DNA of 64,000 nt from Patescibacteria group bacterium (lineage in GTDB: Bacteria; Patescibacteriota; Microgenomatia; Curtissbacterales; GWA2-41-24), in contig JBBTUN010000006.1 in NCBI GenBank assembly GCA_038063735.1, forward strand, positions 8,485 to 72,484, written 5' to 3'. Made by a program: the position numbers and the translations under genes. Numbering within the stretch: the first letter of the stretch is position 1; the number at the start of each line of letters is the position of its first letter. The notes beneath the pieces were generated by a model. That model searched no databases. It was not told the DNA's origin and was given only the letters and a program-made list of their open reading frames with translations. Positions 29,941 through 40,615 of the stretch are shown here, in pieces.

Positions 29941-30686
29941 TATAATGTGAGTAAATTATCGGCAATATCAAAGTTACTGTAAACCTTTTGCACATCATCT
30001 AAATCCTCTATTTTCTCAATTAGTGCCAAAACTTTCTTGGCGGTTTCCGCATCTTTTATCTCTACCAGCGTTGTCGGCTTTTTGAAAATCTCAAAACTCA
30101 CAACTGTCAAACCTTTCTCAGCCAATGCATGTTTCACTTTCTCTACATCAGCAGGTTTTGTATAAACTTCAACTACGTCACCCGCGTCCTCAATATCCTC
30201 AGCGCCGGCATCTGCAGCCAGTTCGAAAAGTTCGTCTAACGATTTGCCGTTCTTTTCCACTGTAATCATTCCCATTTCGGCAAAGGCCCAATCTACCGCT
30301 CCAGGTGTTGCAAATGTACCCCCGCTTTTTTCAATTGTCGACCGTATCTCCGGCGTTGTCCTGTTTTTATTGTCGGTTGCGGCAACTACAATTAGTGCAA
30401 CCTTATTTGGTCCATATCCTTCATAAACCACAGTTTCAATGGCAGCTGCCCCACCTTTACCCAAACCGCGGTCTATCGCCCTTTGCACATTCTCCTTTGG
30501 CATATTAATAGCCCGAGCCTGATCCATCATTAAGCGCAGTTTAAAGTTAGATGTCGGATCTCCCCCTCCGCCTTCGCGAACGGCAATAGCAATTGCCATA
30601 CCCATCTTTGTAAACGCCTGCCCCCGCTTGGCGTCGTTTACCCCCTTTTGCCTCTTTATTGTTGACCACTTGCTATGTCCACTCAT
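29940..30686 (-). CDS. yebC: YebC/PmpR family DNA-binding regulator.
   Basis: MSGHSKWSTIKRQKG N-terminus, diagnostic for the family. Confidence 0.9.
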   Translation of the reverse strand: MSGHSKWSTIKRQKGVNDAKRGQAFTKMGMAIAIAVREGGGGDPTSNFKLRLMMDQARAINMPKENVQRAIDRGLGKGGAAAIETVVYEGYGPNKVALIVVAATDNKNRTTPEIRSTIEKSGGTFATPGAVDWAFAEMGMITVEKNGKSLDELFELAADAGAEDIEDAGDVVEVYTKPADVEKVKHALAEKGLTVVSFEIFKKPTTLVEIKDAETAKKVLALIEKIEDLDDVQKVYSNFDIADNLLTL

Positions 30687-30701
30687 ATAATTCTTTCTAT
30701 G

Positions 30702-31064
30702 CTAAATTAATGCTTTTTTTCTCAATCTTTTAGCACGTCTTTCATTAGAAATCATGGTATCCACAGAATCTTTTAATTGTCTTGTATCACCCGAAACCGT
30801 ATACAAAGGCCTCAGATTTGGTCTCTCCACAGCCTCCACCTTCATCCCCAACAGTTTTTCTGCAAATTCAGCAGTCCTCTTATTTGTATAACTAACGGTT
30901 ACGGGGGGAAGAAAGCCTACCTTATCTTGTACTATCGTAAGAGCTTGACGAAAACTTATAAGTCCGACATACAATGTATCCCTTCTTCTTAGCAGTGAAT
31001 GAAAAAGTCCAATCTTCAGCTCCTCCGCATTGGCAAAAACAACTACATTGCCATTAAATATCAC
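30702..31064 (-). CDS. Hypothetical protein.
   Basis: 120-aa ORF upstream of yebC on the same strand. No motifs recognised. Confidence 0.35.
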   Translation of the reverse strand: MIFNGNVVVFANAEELKIGLFHSLLRRRDTLYVGLISFRQALTIVQDKVGFLPPVTVSYTNKRTAEFAEKLLGMKVEAVERPNLRPLYTVSGDTRQLKDSVDTMISNERRAKRLRKKALI

Positions 31065-31158
31065 ATGTTCATGCTCTACAACCAGGTAAATGATTATAAA
31101 CTACTCTTCTTTAGCCTGTCACTATTTACTATTATAGGTCCTACATTTTGAGGCCAAC

Positions 31159-31995
31159 TTGGTTGAAACAAAGCCAATATTGAACACTCATTTTACCCCC
31201 ACTACCCCAATATCGTTTCATATTTTTCACCTATTGACGGCTAATCCGCTTTATTCTAACTTAGGTTCCATGATTCAAAACGCCTCAAGTTGGCAAGGCA
31301 CAACAGACATAGACGACCTAAGCCATCTGGCAATAGAAGCAGCTCTCTCCTCCGACTGGATAGAAGCCACAAAGATAAACCAAAAGATTCTAACGCTATC
31401 ATCGGACAACGTCGAAGCCTTAAATAGGTTGGCAAAAGCCTTGATGTGTGCCGGCGAAATAGAAAAGGCCCAAAAAACATATAAAAAGGTGCTGGAAGTT
31501 GATCCCTACAATATTATCGCCCGTAAAAATATCGAAAAAATCAGCAAGCTAACCAATGGCGCAACCACAATAAGTAACAAGGCTAGTGGTCAAACAATAA
31601 AAAATATGAACTCAAACGGCCACGTAAACTTGTCAACCGTATTTCTATTCGAACCGGGAAAAACCAAAACCATAAACCTCCTTAACCTGGCATCTCCTCC
31701 AATTCTGGCCGCCCTAAACTGCGGGGACACATTGCAAATTGTCCCTAAAAAACACGCTATCTCGATTGCGACGCAAGAAGGGATTTACCTGGGAGCACTG
31801 CCTGACGATACTTCCCACAAAATGATTGTCTATATTCAAGGCGGCAATAAATACGAAGCTTTTGTAAAATCAGCAACCACCAAATCGCTAACAATTTTTA
31901 TCAGAGAAGTCGAAAGATCGGCAAAGTTTGCAACTCAACCATCTTTTCAGGAAGCAAGAACAATCTCCGAAGATAAAGAGACCTTCTTTGCCTAG
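31159..31995 (+). CDS. TPR-repeat protein. An alternative start at 31270 is possible.
   Basis: TPR-like helices (LNRLAKALMCAGEIEKAQKTYKKVLEVDPYN). Confidence 0.45.
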   Translation: MVETKPILNTHFTPTTPISFHIFHLLTANPLYSNLGSMIQNASSWQGTTDIDDLSHLAIEAALSSDWIEATKINQKILTLSSDNVEALNRLAKALMCAGEIEKAQKTYKKVLEVDPYNIIARKNIEKISKLTNGATTISNKASGQTIKNMNSNGHVNLSTVFLFEPGKTKTINLLNLASPPILAALNCGDTLQIVPKKHAISIATQEGIYLGALPDDTSHKMIVYIQGGNKYEAFVKSATTKSLTIFIREVERSAKFATQPSFQEARTISEDKETFFA

Positions 31996-32498
31996 TCGCG
32001 CTTTATATCCCTAGGAGAAAATTCACCGGCCAGGGAATTATGTTTATCATGATCGTTTTGCCCCAACTCAGGCATGTTGTCTAAACTGGCCGGTCTCTTT
32101 TGTGTCGTCAGCTTTGCAAGCTCCGACCGTATCGCCTCAATAGACTTCTGCTCGTCGTCGCTAGCATTAGATTCCGGCTCGACTTTATCAACAATACCTC
32201 GCCACCAAACTCCTTCTTCGTCAACCTGACTTTTGGTCTCCCCAGCTGCATCCGGCGCCTGCGATACAGTTTGGTGCAATTGATAGTCGGAGGGTTCTTG
32301 CCCGGGTACAGGCTGTCGTGCGGTAGTACCATCCCCGCTATCCACCATACCAACTTCTAACTTTTTGAGTGACGGCGGTCCTTCCTTTTGTAACCTTCTG
32401 TTTTCTTCTTCTAACTTTCGCTGGTCACGTATAAGTGTCGCAAGAGCAATTACAAAAGATAAAACTAAGACAATAATTCCCAGTACTACAAAAATCAT
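31992..32498 (-). CDS. Membrane-anchored hypothetical protein.
   Basis: N-terminal TM followed by a charged coiled segment. Confidence 0.4.
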   Translation of the reverse strand: MIFVVLGIIVLVLSFVIALATLIRDQRKLEEENRRLQKEGPPSLKKLEVGMVDSGDGTTARQPVPGQEPSDYQLHQTVSQAPDAAGETKSQVDEEGVWWRGIVDKVEPESNASDDEQKSIEAIRSELAKLTTQKRPASLDNMPELGQNDHDKHNSLAGEFSPRDIKRD

Positions 32499-33427
32499 TT
32501 AAAATACTTTTTATTAAAATTTTCACCGATATGGATTGTCATGGTTGGATTTTCGGCCTCAAGAGTGTCATTTATATCACAGGTTAATGTCTTTGCCAAA
32601 TAATTCACAGTGTAGCTTCCTTTTTTGTTTGTATAAATCAGACACTTATCTACGGTGTCTGCACTTCCAGAAACTTTATTGACGCGCCCCCCCACGCTTT
32701 TAACAAAACTTTGCATCAGGGCAGATGCCAGCTCCTGGGTACTTTCGTTAACAATGTTAATTTCAACATCCTCCCCAATAATTTTTACATTCTCCAGATA
32801 AGGAACAATTTCTTTATTTAAACCATTGGAACTAGCGCCAAGTACTTTGGTATCGCGAGGTGTAGATTTAGCGCTCAAGTCGACAAATTTTATCTCTTTC
32901 GGGCGAATAGTTTTAGCCTGCCACCATAGCCTTAAAGCTTCTATTCGAGTAATATTAGTATCTTCTTGCTTCGAAAACATTCCGCTAGTCAAAATCGCAG
33001 CAGGAGTCATAAAACTTGTAAAATTCTCAAACCTTTTTGCTAAAGTTTCGTCTTCGAGCGAGTCAACATTAAGATAAGTATTAATATTTGCCCCCAGAGT
33101 GGCGGAGAGCTTATCCGCAAATGCCTGGCCCTCCCCCTGAACAATTTCCCCAAATTTAACGACCGCGACTCTCTTTGGATCTTTTTGAAAAATGAAGGCT
33201 CCTGCCTTATCCCCTTTTAGACCCACGACAAAAGACGATACACCGTCCCAACTTTGCCTATTATTAAATTTTTTTTCTGAAGTTGATTTAAGAAGACCGT
33301 TGAAAGTAGCCAAACAGATAACTAAGGCAATAAAAATAGCACTAACACTTTTCCATTTACCAACACTACTATTATTTTTTTCCCACTTCACTCCGCTACG
33401 GGCACTAGATTTTAAATAATCTCTCAT
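32495..33427 (-). CDS. Membrane-anchored extracytoplasmic protein, hypothetical (possibly LytR_C-like).
   Basis: 310 aa with a single N-terminal TM. No catalytic motifs recognised. Confidence 0.35.
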   Translation of the reverse strand: MRDYLKSSARSGVKWEKNNSSVGKWKSVSAIFIALVICLATFNGLLKSTSEKKFNNRQSWDGVSSFVVGLKGDKAGAFIFQKDPKRVAVVKFGEIVQGEGQAFADKLSATLGANINTYLNVDSLEDETLAKRFENFTSFMTPAAILTSGMFSKQEDTNITRIEALRLWWQAKTIRPKEIKFVDLSAKSTPRDTKVLGASSNGLNKEIVPYLENVKIIGEDVEINIVNESTQELASALMQSFVKSVGGRVNKVSGSADTVDKCLIYTNKKGSYTVNYLAKTLTCDINDTLEAENPTMTIHIGENFNKKYFK

Positions 33428-33481
33428 ATCATTTCCTAAAAGCCAGGAAACAATTAATCTGCCCTAAAACCTATATCGAGG

Positions 33482-33622
33482 CTATTTGTCGCGACCCTTA
33501 CCTTTTCCGATGATTTCAACACGAGGGGCTATTGTCGCACGTGGCATATGCTCAAGCCTGCGCTCAAGCACTTCCTTTTTTTGTTTCTTTTTCTCACCTT
33601 TAAAAAAACTGCTACTTCCCAT
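33482..33622 (-). CDS. Small basic protein (46 aa), hypothetical.
   Basis: Minus-strand ORF MGSSSFFKGEKKKQKKEVLERRLEHMPRATIAPRVEIIGKGKGRDK with a GGAG Shine-Dalgarno 6 nt upstream. It was not in the supplied ORF track because it is under 60 aa. Confidence 0.3.
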   Translation of the reverse strand: MGSSSFFKGEKKKQKKEVLERRLEHMPRATIAPRVEIIGKGKGRDK

Positions 33623-33680
33623 ATTAATCTCCTACACATTTATTCTATCAAGCATAAACTTTTAACTCAATACTAAATGC

Positions 33681-35375
33681 CTAAAATATCTTGTGCGAAA
33701 CAAGCTCTTCAAAATGTCTGCTTTTCTCTTTTTTGATTTTGTCCAGGTCATCCCAGTTTTCTGCCAAAATTCTGGCAATATGCTTGCCGCCTACAGTTTC
33801 CGGCACAATCACATAATCGGCCCCCGATTCATAAAGCTTAATGGCGTCATGTATCCAGTAAGCAGCACCGATTATCGGCCCTTTGTAGTTCTTCTCACGA
33901 GCAGCCTCAATAAGTCCTAAGCTGTCGGCAATATCAGGATCCGTTATTACAATTAAACTTGCGCGTCCAAGCTCAAGCTCCTCAATAACCTCAGGGTCAC
34001 TAATATCTCCAAAAACAGCATTGTAACCGGCCGATGTTAACTGATTAAAAATCGTGGGGTTAAAGTCGATTACAAGTATCTGGTTCTTATCTTTAATTTT
34101 TGTGGCCAGATACGCAAGTATGTCAGACCCCATCTGCTCCCCACCCACTAGCACTATATGATCTTTTAAATTATCGCGATGGGCTACATATGGGTCGTTT
34201 CCTTTCTCCGGAAAAATTTTAGCAATCGGACCCTGCAGATATTTATATATCGCGGCGCCATAAAGTATCATATAGGAAGAAAGAGTTATCGTAACCACAC
34301 CAATCGCGGCAACAAGAGCGACCTCGCTGGAATTAACATGTCCCAACCCCAAACCAACAGTCATCATAATCAGCGAAAACTCGCTAACTTGTGCAACCGT
34401 TGCAGCTGTCAAAAAAGAAGTCCTGTTACGGAATTTTAAAGTAAGCATTATGGCAAGCACTATTAGTGGCTTTCCAACAAGAATAAAGAGGGACAGAATA
34501 ACAATATTTCTAATGGGAAAGCCGGAGCCTGCCGAAAACGAAGCACCAAGCAATATAAAGAATATTATTATAAAAAAATCGCGAAGGGGCTTTACCCGTG
34601 CTGCAATTTGAATTCTGTAAGGAGACGACGCAATAGCGATACCTGCCAAAAATGCTCCTATTGCAACAGAAAATCCGGCAAGCTCGGCGAGTGCCGCCAA
34701 TAAAAATGCCCAGGCAATTGCTCCGACAAAAAGTAGTTCGACCGAAGTAGATGCCAGCCTAAAAATAGTTTTTAAACCAAATTTTGTTACCAAATAAGTA
34801 AACAGCACCAAAAGTAGACCTTTCACAAAAATAAAACTAATAAGCGAAAACGATGGCACCTGGGACTCCCCGAAACCGGAAAGGACCATAAGCGCAATAA
34901 TTGCCACGAAATCCTGTATCAGAAGATAACCAATAGAAATTTTTCCGTACAAGGTCTGCAAATCATTTTTTTCAGCAAGCAACTTAATAATAATTACCGT
35001 AGAAGAAAAAGTTATTGCAACCGAAATATACAAAGCAGGTATAGTCGAAAAACCTAAAGCACTTATGATAATAAAGCCAACCAGAGCAGTAAAAAGAATT
35101 TGCCCCAAGCCCATATAAATCGCTGCTCGTCCGACATACTTTAAATCTTCGATTTTAAGATCTATTCCGACCAGAAATAATAAAAAGGCAATGCCTAAAT
35201 TAGACAAAAGCTCCAGGGCCTGTTTATCAATTGCCCGAAACAAGCCAAAAACGGAAATTATTACCCCGGTAAATATATAGGCGACAATTAGAGGCTGTTT
35301 AAAAATACGCGCCAATATCCCCAAAAATGTAGCAATAACCAAAATTGACGATAACTCTAAAAACAAATGTTCCAT
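33681..35375 (-). CDS. CPA2-family cation/proton antiporter (Kef/NhaP-like) with a C-terminal RCK/TrkA-N domain.
   Basis: About 12 TM segments, then GxGxxG (VLVGGEQMGSDI). The start is set at the internal ATG 35375 (MEHLFLEL), which has AGGAG 8 nt upstream. Confidence 0.8.
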   Translation of the reverse strand: MEHLFLELSSILVIATFLGILARIFKQPLIVAYIFTGVIISVFGLFRAIDKQALELLSNLGIAFLLFLVGIDLKIEDLKYVGRAAIYMGLGQILFTALVGFIIISALGFSTIPALYISVAITFSSTVIIIKLLAEKNDLQTLYGKISIGYLLIQDFVAIIALMVLSGFGESQVPSFSLISFIFVKGLLLVLFTYLVTKFGLKTIFRLASTSVELLFVGAIAWAFLLAALAELAGFSVAIGAFLAGIAIASSPYRIQIAARVKPLRDFFIIIFFILLGASFSAGSGFPIRNIVILSLFILVGKPLIVLAIMLTLKFRNRTSFLTAATVAQVSEFSLIMMTVGLGLGHVNSSEVALVAAIGVVTITLSSYMILYGAAIYKYLQGPIAKIFPEKGNDPYVAHRDNLKDHIVLVGGEQMGSDILAYLATKIKDKNQILVIDFNPTIFNQLTSAGYNAVFGDISDPEVIEELELGRASLIVITDPDIADSLGLIEAAREKNYKGPIIGAAYWIHDAIKLYESGADYVIVPETVGGKHIARILAENWDDLDKIKKEKSRHFEELVSHKIF

Positions 35376-35430
35376 AGGCAGTCTCCTACCTATTGTTAAT
35401 TGTTGCCCAAAAAATGTCAATTGCAATAAA

Positions 35431-36213
35431 TCAAACGGCAACCAGTTGCCCCAGTGCATCCCTAAGATCAGGTGGCAAATCAGACCTAAAACTTAAAACC
35501 TTTTTTGATTTTGGGTCTTTAAACTCGATCTTCTCAGCATGCAAAAATAATCGTGGACACCATAATAAATCGAACTTTATAAGCTTTGCCGGTCCATAAA
35601 TTAAATCAGAAACAATGGGACTGCCCAAACTTTTTAAATGCACCCTTATCTGATGAGTACGGCCGGTTTTCGGAAAAAGTTTTACGAAAGAGTAATTCTT
35701 TGCCTGCTGTTTTAAATATTTTACGCGCACTTTTGTCAGCTTTAAATCATCACCCAAAATTAATTTTTCAAATTCAGCCTCGTCAAATACAAGTCTTTTT
35801 TCTACGTTATAACGTGTTTCCGATTCCCTACCGTTTTTCAAAATCCCAAATTTTCCAAACTTGCCAATCCTGGCAATGGGCAGATCAATTACACCCTCAT
35901 CTGCCTTAATATCACCGTGGGAAAGCGCAATATATGTTTTTTTAACCTCGCGATTTTCAAATTGTTCCTGCAAGTTTGCAAATGCTTTTTGTGTTTTTGC
36001 AACCACGACCAACCCCGACGTTTCCCTATCCAGCCTGTGCACAATTCCCGCTCGCCCGCCAACCCCCAGATCACCTTCTGCCAATTTTAAGTATTTTGAA
36101 ATTTGGTTTTGTAAAGTATCACCGCTTGCGGTAACAGAGTTATTAACCACCACACCGGGTGGTTTATCAACAACTAAGAGCAGATCGTTTTCAAAAATAA
36201 TATCAAGTTTCAT
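35431..36213 (-). CDS. RluA-family 23S rRNA pseudouridine synthase (RluD-like).
   Basis: HRLDRETSGLVVVAK catalytic-Asp motif and an S4-less short form. Confidence 0.85.
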   Translation of the reverse strand: MKLDIIFENDLLLVVDKPPGVVVNNSVTASGDTLQNQISKYLKLAEGDLGVGGRAGIVHRLDRETSGLVVVAKTQKAFANLQEQFENREVKKTYIALSHGDIKADEGVIDLPIARIGKFGKFGILKNGRESETRYNVEKRLVFDEAEFEKLILGDDLKLTKVRVKYLKQQAKNYSFVKLFPKTGRTHQIRVHLKSLGSPIVSDLIYGPAKLIKFDLLWCPRLFLHAEKIEFKDPKSKKVLSFRSDLPPDLRDALGQLVAV

Positions 36214-36620
36214 TTAGTCACCGTTCTGCTTTTCAGGGCGTCATATAATACCACCAGAACCCCTAAAGTTAATATAAAATCAGCCAAATTAAAGGTAGGA
36301 AAAACACGAGTTAAAGATATGAAGTCGCGAACGCATCCATAAATAAGCCTGTCCAGTAAATTACTAACTCCCCCGGCAATAATTAAGCTATAACCAAAAA
36401 TACGTAGTTTCCTGCTTTCCGCCCCAATAAGATAGCCAAACAATAGGAGCGTCAAAACAGAAACAACAAGTGGCTTAAAATCCAGGCCAAACGGCCCTCC
36501 ACTATTGCATGCTACGGGAAAATATTGAATTGCAACCCTTTTAGTTACCTGGTCAGCAACTAAAACCGGTACTGCGAACGCAAGAATCTGAACAAGCTTT
36601 TTATCGGGAAACCCTGGCAC
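36210..36620 (-). CDS. lspA: Lipoprotein signal peptidase II.
   Basis: 136 aa with 4 TM and the NxGxxFG-like and FNLAD motifs (VFPTFNLADF). Confidence 0.8.
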   Translation of the reverse strand: MPGFPDKKLVQILAFAVPVLVADQVTKRVAIQYFPVACNSGGPFGLDFKPLVVSVLTLLLFGYLIGAESRKLRIFGYSLIIAGGVSNLLDRLIYGCVRDFISLTRVFPTFNLADFILTLGVLVVLYDALKSRTVTK

Positions 36621-36685
36621 TCAACAATTGTTAAATGTCATCTGTTAAAAGTCAAATCCAATTAAATCCAAGTTAAATTCCGCAA

Positions 36686-37036
36686 TCACTTCTTTTTCTC
36701 CATTTCACCTTTACACTTCAAGCAATACAAGGCTTGTGGTTTTACCTCGAGCCTTTTAATATCTATTACTTTTTTGCACCTTTCACACTTGCCATATGTC
36801 CCCTTTTTAATCTTTTTGAGTGCAGACTCTATTTCAACCAGGTCGCTTTTCAGGCGTTGCTCTAAAATCACGGTGCGCTCATGACCGGACAAGACGGCAG
36901 CATCTGTCCCCGGTTCCACAATAATAGACCTGTCTTCCGTAGCAAACGGGTCTTCTCGTCTTAGCCTCCCCAGCTTTGACAAAACAAGCTTTCTCTGCTT
37001 TTCTATGTTACCGGTAATTACTTTTAAGTTAATCAT
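36686..37036 (-). CDS. DksA/TraR-family C4 zinc-finger protein.
   Basis: C-terminal CERCKKVI...CLKC four-Cys finger with an upstream coiled-coil. A common neighbour of lspA. Confidence 0.7.
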   Translation of the reverse strand: MINLKVITGNIEKQRKLVLSKLGRLRREDPFATEDRSIIVEPGTDAAVLSGHERTVILEQRLKSDLVEIESALKKIKKGTYGKCERCKKVIDIKRLEVKPQALYCLKCKGEMEKKK

Positions 37037-37941
37037 CTGCCTATACCGAATGCGTGAACAAAATCAACAATTGACAGATAAAGTTCGCGGCCTATGTATT
37101 TTACTAGAAAGTATACCCATTTGACCACTAAGAAAGGAGAAAGAACAAGAATCCTTGCCAAATTGTTAGCTTCTCCCAAATTAGTCAGAATACGCTTCAA
37201 TTTAAATAAGAAAAGTAAACTCGCACCAAATGTCGTTTTTACATCTACAAATAATTTTCGCTTGGATAATAGATACCAACCTATGGTACCCAAAATAACT
37301 GAAAGAGAGGAAAATACCATTACCCACGTAGCACGCTCACCGGGTATATTTTTAAATAAGATAACCATTCCCAGATTTAAAAATCCATTACTTACGATAA
37401 AAAAACATGCGGAAAACCCTTTATGTTTTTTCCTCAATTCGAATTTTTTGACAGCCCAAAAAATCACCAGGTAACCGATTGTGTATAAAAGCTGATTTAA
37501 GCCATTACCTATATCAAAAAAATATTTGGTACCTAATATAAACAACACAAGAGAGTATACAAATGCGCAGAAGGCAAATCCTTGAGCCGCAAAATCAAAT
37601 ATATACCAAAAATTTTCCCGCTTACTTCTTAAAAAGAGGAAGACCAAAATTAATCCACCCACCAAAGCGCCATATAAATCAAACCCCGAAAAAGCATTAA
37701 AAAATATTAAGCGCCTTATAGACCATTTGTAAAAATCGTATCTTACAATAAAATCTGTAACCCTTCCAATAATCAGCGCCCCCATAAAAAAAACCGCAGC
37801 AGTGTCAAGTAATGTCTGTGAATCAACAAGTTCGTGTCTTCCTGCCCTCCAAAATAAAAAAAGGCCCAACATAATTGCGGAAATTAAACCACCAAAATAG
37901 ACAAGTCCATAAAGATTGTTGAAAAATAGGGTTTCTAACAT
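37033..37941 (-). CDS. Polytopic membrane protein. A prolipoprotein diacylglyceryl transferase (Lgt) is possible.
   Basis: 302 aa with about 7 TM. The Lgt guess rests on context (adjacent to lspA) and a weak GRV...F resemblance, not on the full Lgt signature. Confidence 0.3.
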   Translation of the reverse strand: MLETLFFNNLYGLVYFGGLISAIMLGLFLFWRAGRHELVDSQTLLDTAAVFFMGALIIGRVTDFIVRYDFYKWSIRRLIFFNAFSGFDLYGALVGGLILVFLFLRSKRENFWYIFDFAAQGFAFCAFVYSLVLFILGTKYFFDIGNGLNQLLYTIGYLVIFWAVKKFELRKKHKGFSACFFIVSNGFLNLGMVILFKNIPGERATWVMVFSSLSVILGTIGWYLLSKRKLFVDVKTTFGASLLFLFKLKRILTNLGEANNLARILVLSPFLVVKWVYFLVKYIGRELYLSIVDFVHAFGIGR

Positions 37942-38017
37942 AATGCTTTTGCTTTGCCCAACAGAGCCTCAATATGATATTATGAATCTACGCTAGTCAG
38001 CAAGTCTGGCCCCTGTA

Positions 38018-38533
38018 GTGTCTCTGCGTGGCCTGCAGACTCAAAAACCTATGACCGCAACCGCACACGCCTTAATTGGGGCGAGTTTTGCCACCATAAT
38101 TTCAAATCCGATAATTGGTGTTCCCGTTGCGTTTATTTCACACTTTATTGCAGACTTTATCCCCCATTGGGACGCAGGAACCAATCATCGTAACAAATCC
38201 AATCTTCGCCTCAAAATAGAAGCCACTTTCGACGTTCTTCTGGGCTTTGCCCTAGTTCTTATGCTGTTTAAAACCCAAACAATGCAAAACCCTGTGTATA
38301 TGTTTTCTATGGTTATTGCTGCACAGCTTCCGGATTGGTTAGCGGCACCAGACTACATGTTTAACCTAAAAGTTCCACCTTTTTCTTGGATGTATAAAAT
38401 TGGCCACGAAACAAACACTCGCATGCAGCTTCCTTGGGGTTTGGTGACGCAAGTGGTAACAGTCGGACTTTTAGTTGTTTTCGCCCTCGGCGGCCCGCAA
38501 AACCTAGGTACCGTCCTCGCCGCAAATTTTTAA
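38018..38533 (+). CDS. Membrane protein, hypothetical.
   Basis: 171 aa with 4 TM. No motifs recognised. Confidence 0.4.
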   Translation: MSLRGLQTQKPMTATAHALIGASFATIISNPIIGVPVAFISHFIADFIPHWDAGTNHRNKSNLRLKIEATFDVLLGFALVLMLFKTQTMQNPVYMFSMVIAAQLPDWLAAPDYMFNLKVPPFSWMYKIGHETNTRMQLPWGLVTQVVTVGLLVVFALGGPQNLGTVLAANF

Positions 38534-38982
38534 GCCTCTGCGCTTGCTTTTGCTTCTATTCTTGCTCTAACCGTATCGGCAATTACTTTGGCAGCAGTAC
38601 GAGAACCCTGATCTTCATTTCTAAGCAGACCAAAACTATCTTCCCACTCCTTAAATTCGCTCATTTCGATTTGCAGACCAGAACTTAGCATTAAGGGTTT
38701 TGACTTCATGCCAAACATCACTAACCCAATCTCGCTGATTGAATAAACCTCTGCTCGTACTGGACTATCACCATTATTAAAAGCAACCCTTACCTTGTCT
38801 GATCTTCCTCTATCTGATTCCCCACCTTTTTGGAAACGCAGAACTAGTTCATCACCTATTCTTTTTGGAGATTCATCATCATTTACCAATCCCCGAAGGT
38901 AATCGTAGCTTTCTTTATTTTGTTGATTTATCTCTGTAATGGATAATTCTGGTTTTTTTGGTTGAAGAGTTTCGTTAGTCAT
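38530..38982 (-). CDS. Hypothetical protein.
   Basis: 150-aa acidic ORF. Confidence 0.35.
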   Translation of the reverse strand: MTNETLQPKKPELSITEINQQNKESYDYLRGLVNDDESPKRIGDELVLRFQKGGESDRGRSDKVRVAFNNGDSPVRAEVYSISEIGLVMFGMKSKPLMLSSGLQIEMSEFKEWEDSFGLLRNEDQGSRTAAKVIADTVRARIEAKASAEA

Positions 38983-39073
38983 CGTTGGAATAATAATCTG
39001 AGTCTATCCAAATGTCAAACATCGTTTTTTTAATTTACCAACCTCTAGCACCTAGGCTCTATCACCTTTCGCT

Positions 39074-39631
39074 CTATTTCGCCCTCTCAACATAATCCCC
39101 TGTTCTGGTATCAACCCGAACAACTTCTCCATTTTTTATAAATAACGGAACTTTTACAACCAAACCATTTTCCAGAACTGCATCTTTATAGGAAGCACCA
39201 ACTGTGTTGCCGCGGGCTGCCCCTCCGGTCTGCTCAATCTTGTAATCTACGATTTTAGGAATCTCAATGTATAGTGGCCTATCATCAATAGAAAAAAGCG
39301 TAATCTCCATTCCTTCTTTTAAATATTTACGAGCCTCCTCTACCAATTTTTTTTCGATTGCGAACTGGTCATAAGTTGTCGTGTTCATTAAGTGAACCTG
39401 GTTGTCGGTGTATAAATATTGGACCTTTTTCCGATCGACACTTACATCATTTACCCGGGCTCCGGTAGGAAACGTTTTATCGGTGTTGGCGCCAGATTCT
39501 AAATTCTGGACTTTAACCCTAATTGTTCCGGAACCACGCGCGACCTTTATATGCTCGTACGTAAGCACCAAAAAGTACTTACCTTGATCTTCGAATACAG
39601 CGCCGTTTCGCAGTTCGGTAACAGAAATCAT
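39074..39631 (-). CDS. efp: Elongation factor P.
   Basis: 185 aa. N-terminus MISVTELRNGAVFEDQGKYFLVL with the conserved KPGKG-region equivalent (KVARGSG). Confidence 0.9.
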   Translation of the reverse strand: MISVTELRNGAVFEDQGKYFLVLTYEHIKVARGSGTIRVKVQNLESGANTDKTFPTGARVNDVSVDRKKVQYLYTDNQVHLMNTTTYDQFAIEKKLVEEARKYLKEGMEITLFSIDDRPLYIEIPKIVDYKIEQTGGAARGNTVGASYKDAVLENGLVVKVPLFIKNGEVVRVDTRTGDYVERAK

Positions 39632-39634
39632 AAA

Positions 39635-40615
39635 TTATTTTTTAGAAGATTTTTTTGAAGAAATCCTGCTGTAGCGAATCAAGCCAGACGAAGGGACAAC
39701 CTCTATACCATTTTTTATTAGCTCATCCAAAAATAAATTAGCACCAATTGAATCTGCCGCCATATGGCCAACATCAATGGCGTTTATATGGGCTTTTCTA
39801 AGTTCCTGCACGGACTCTTCCGGAATATGCATCTCAATTAACGTTCCAACTCCGGCATTTGCAAGTTCCATATAAAGCTCTTTAGACGGGTTAGTCCCTC
39901 CGGTAAACGAGATAGCAATTTTGCCAACTCTACTTTTTTCGCTTCCGGACACAATACTTGGTCCGGCTTTACCTCGGATAGCTTCTGCAAATTCAGGTAT
40001 TTCGGAAATGGAATCAAGTATCTCACCAAGGGTGTCAAACTTTTTATCGTTTAAATAATTTCTCATAAATGCGTCGCCCAGGTTGTCCCACGGCGTATGC
40101 AGTGCTACAAGCGGGACATCCAAAAGTCTTGCCGTGTCGATCGCCTGCGAATGGTTTCTCGGCCCAATTCTCCTTCTTATTAAACCCATACTTTCCTCAA
40201 GAAGCGCATGGGCAACATTTTCCGGCACTCCTTTTTCGGCAAAAGTATCTATCTGGATATCCATAACCTCGTGAAGACTTGCAAGGGCGTGTCCACTAGG
40301 ATGATGAGCAATTAACAAATCGATTTTTGCTCCTTTTTCATTTAACCTGTCTACCAAAAGAACTTCGGTAGCATCAGCATCAATGCCGGCCATCACCTTT
40401 TTAACCGGTTTTTTAGGGTTTCCGAAAAGGATTCTTGTGTCGGAATACGGATTTTCAAACGACTCTTTGTCGTAAAGGTCCTTTTTTTTATCGGAAAATT
40501 TCTCAAAATCTTTTTTTCTCTTTGCCAGGATATTTTTTACCTTACTAAGTCCGCGTGGGTCAGCATCCATCCCCATTTTTACGCCCAGCCGGTAAATATC
40601 GTCTACAGTCATCAT
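39635..40615 (-). CDS. Nif3/YqfO-family dinuclear-metal-centre protein.
   Basis: AHHPSGH and VGHMAADS motifs of the Nif3 family. 326 aa. Confidence 0.65.
   Translation of the reverse strand: MMTVDDIYRLGVKMGMDADPRGLSKVKNILAKRKKDFEKFSDKKKDLYDKESFENPYSDTRILFGNPKKPVKKVMAGIDADATEVLLVDRLNEKGAKIDLLIAHHPSGHALASLHEVMDIQIDTFAEKGVPENVAHALLEESMGLIRRRIGPRNHSQAIDTARLLDVPLVALHTPWDNLGDAFMRNYLNDKKFDTLGEILDSISEIPEFAEAIRGKAGPSIVSGSEKSRVGKIAISFTGGTNPSKELYMELANAGVGTLIEMHIPEESVQELRKAHINAIDVGHMAADSIGANLFLDELIKNGIEVVPSSGLIRYSRISSKKSSKK

Noticed and set aside
29638-29982. 114-aa plus-strand ORF.
   Set aside because: It has a low-complexity, Cys/Phe-rich composition and is antisense to a more protein-like 145-aa ORF (29503..29940) that abuts yebC.
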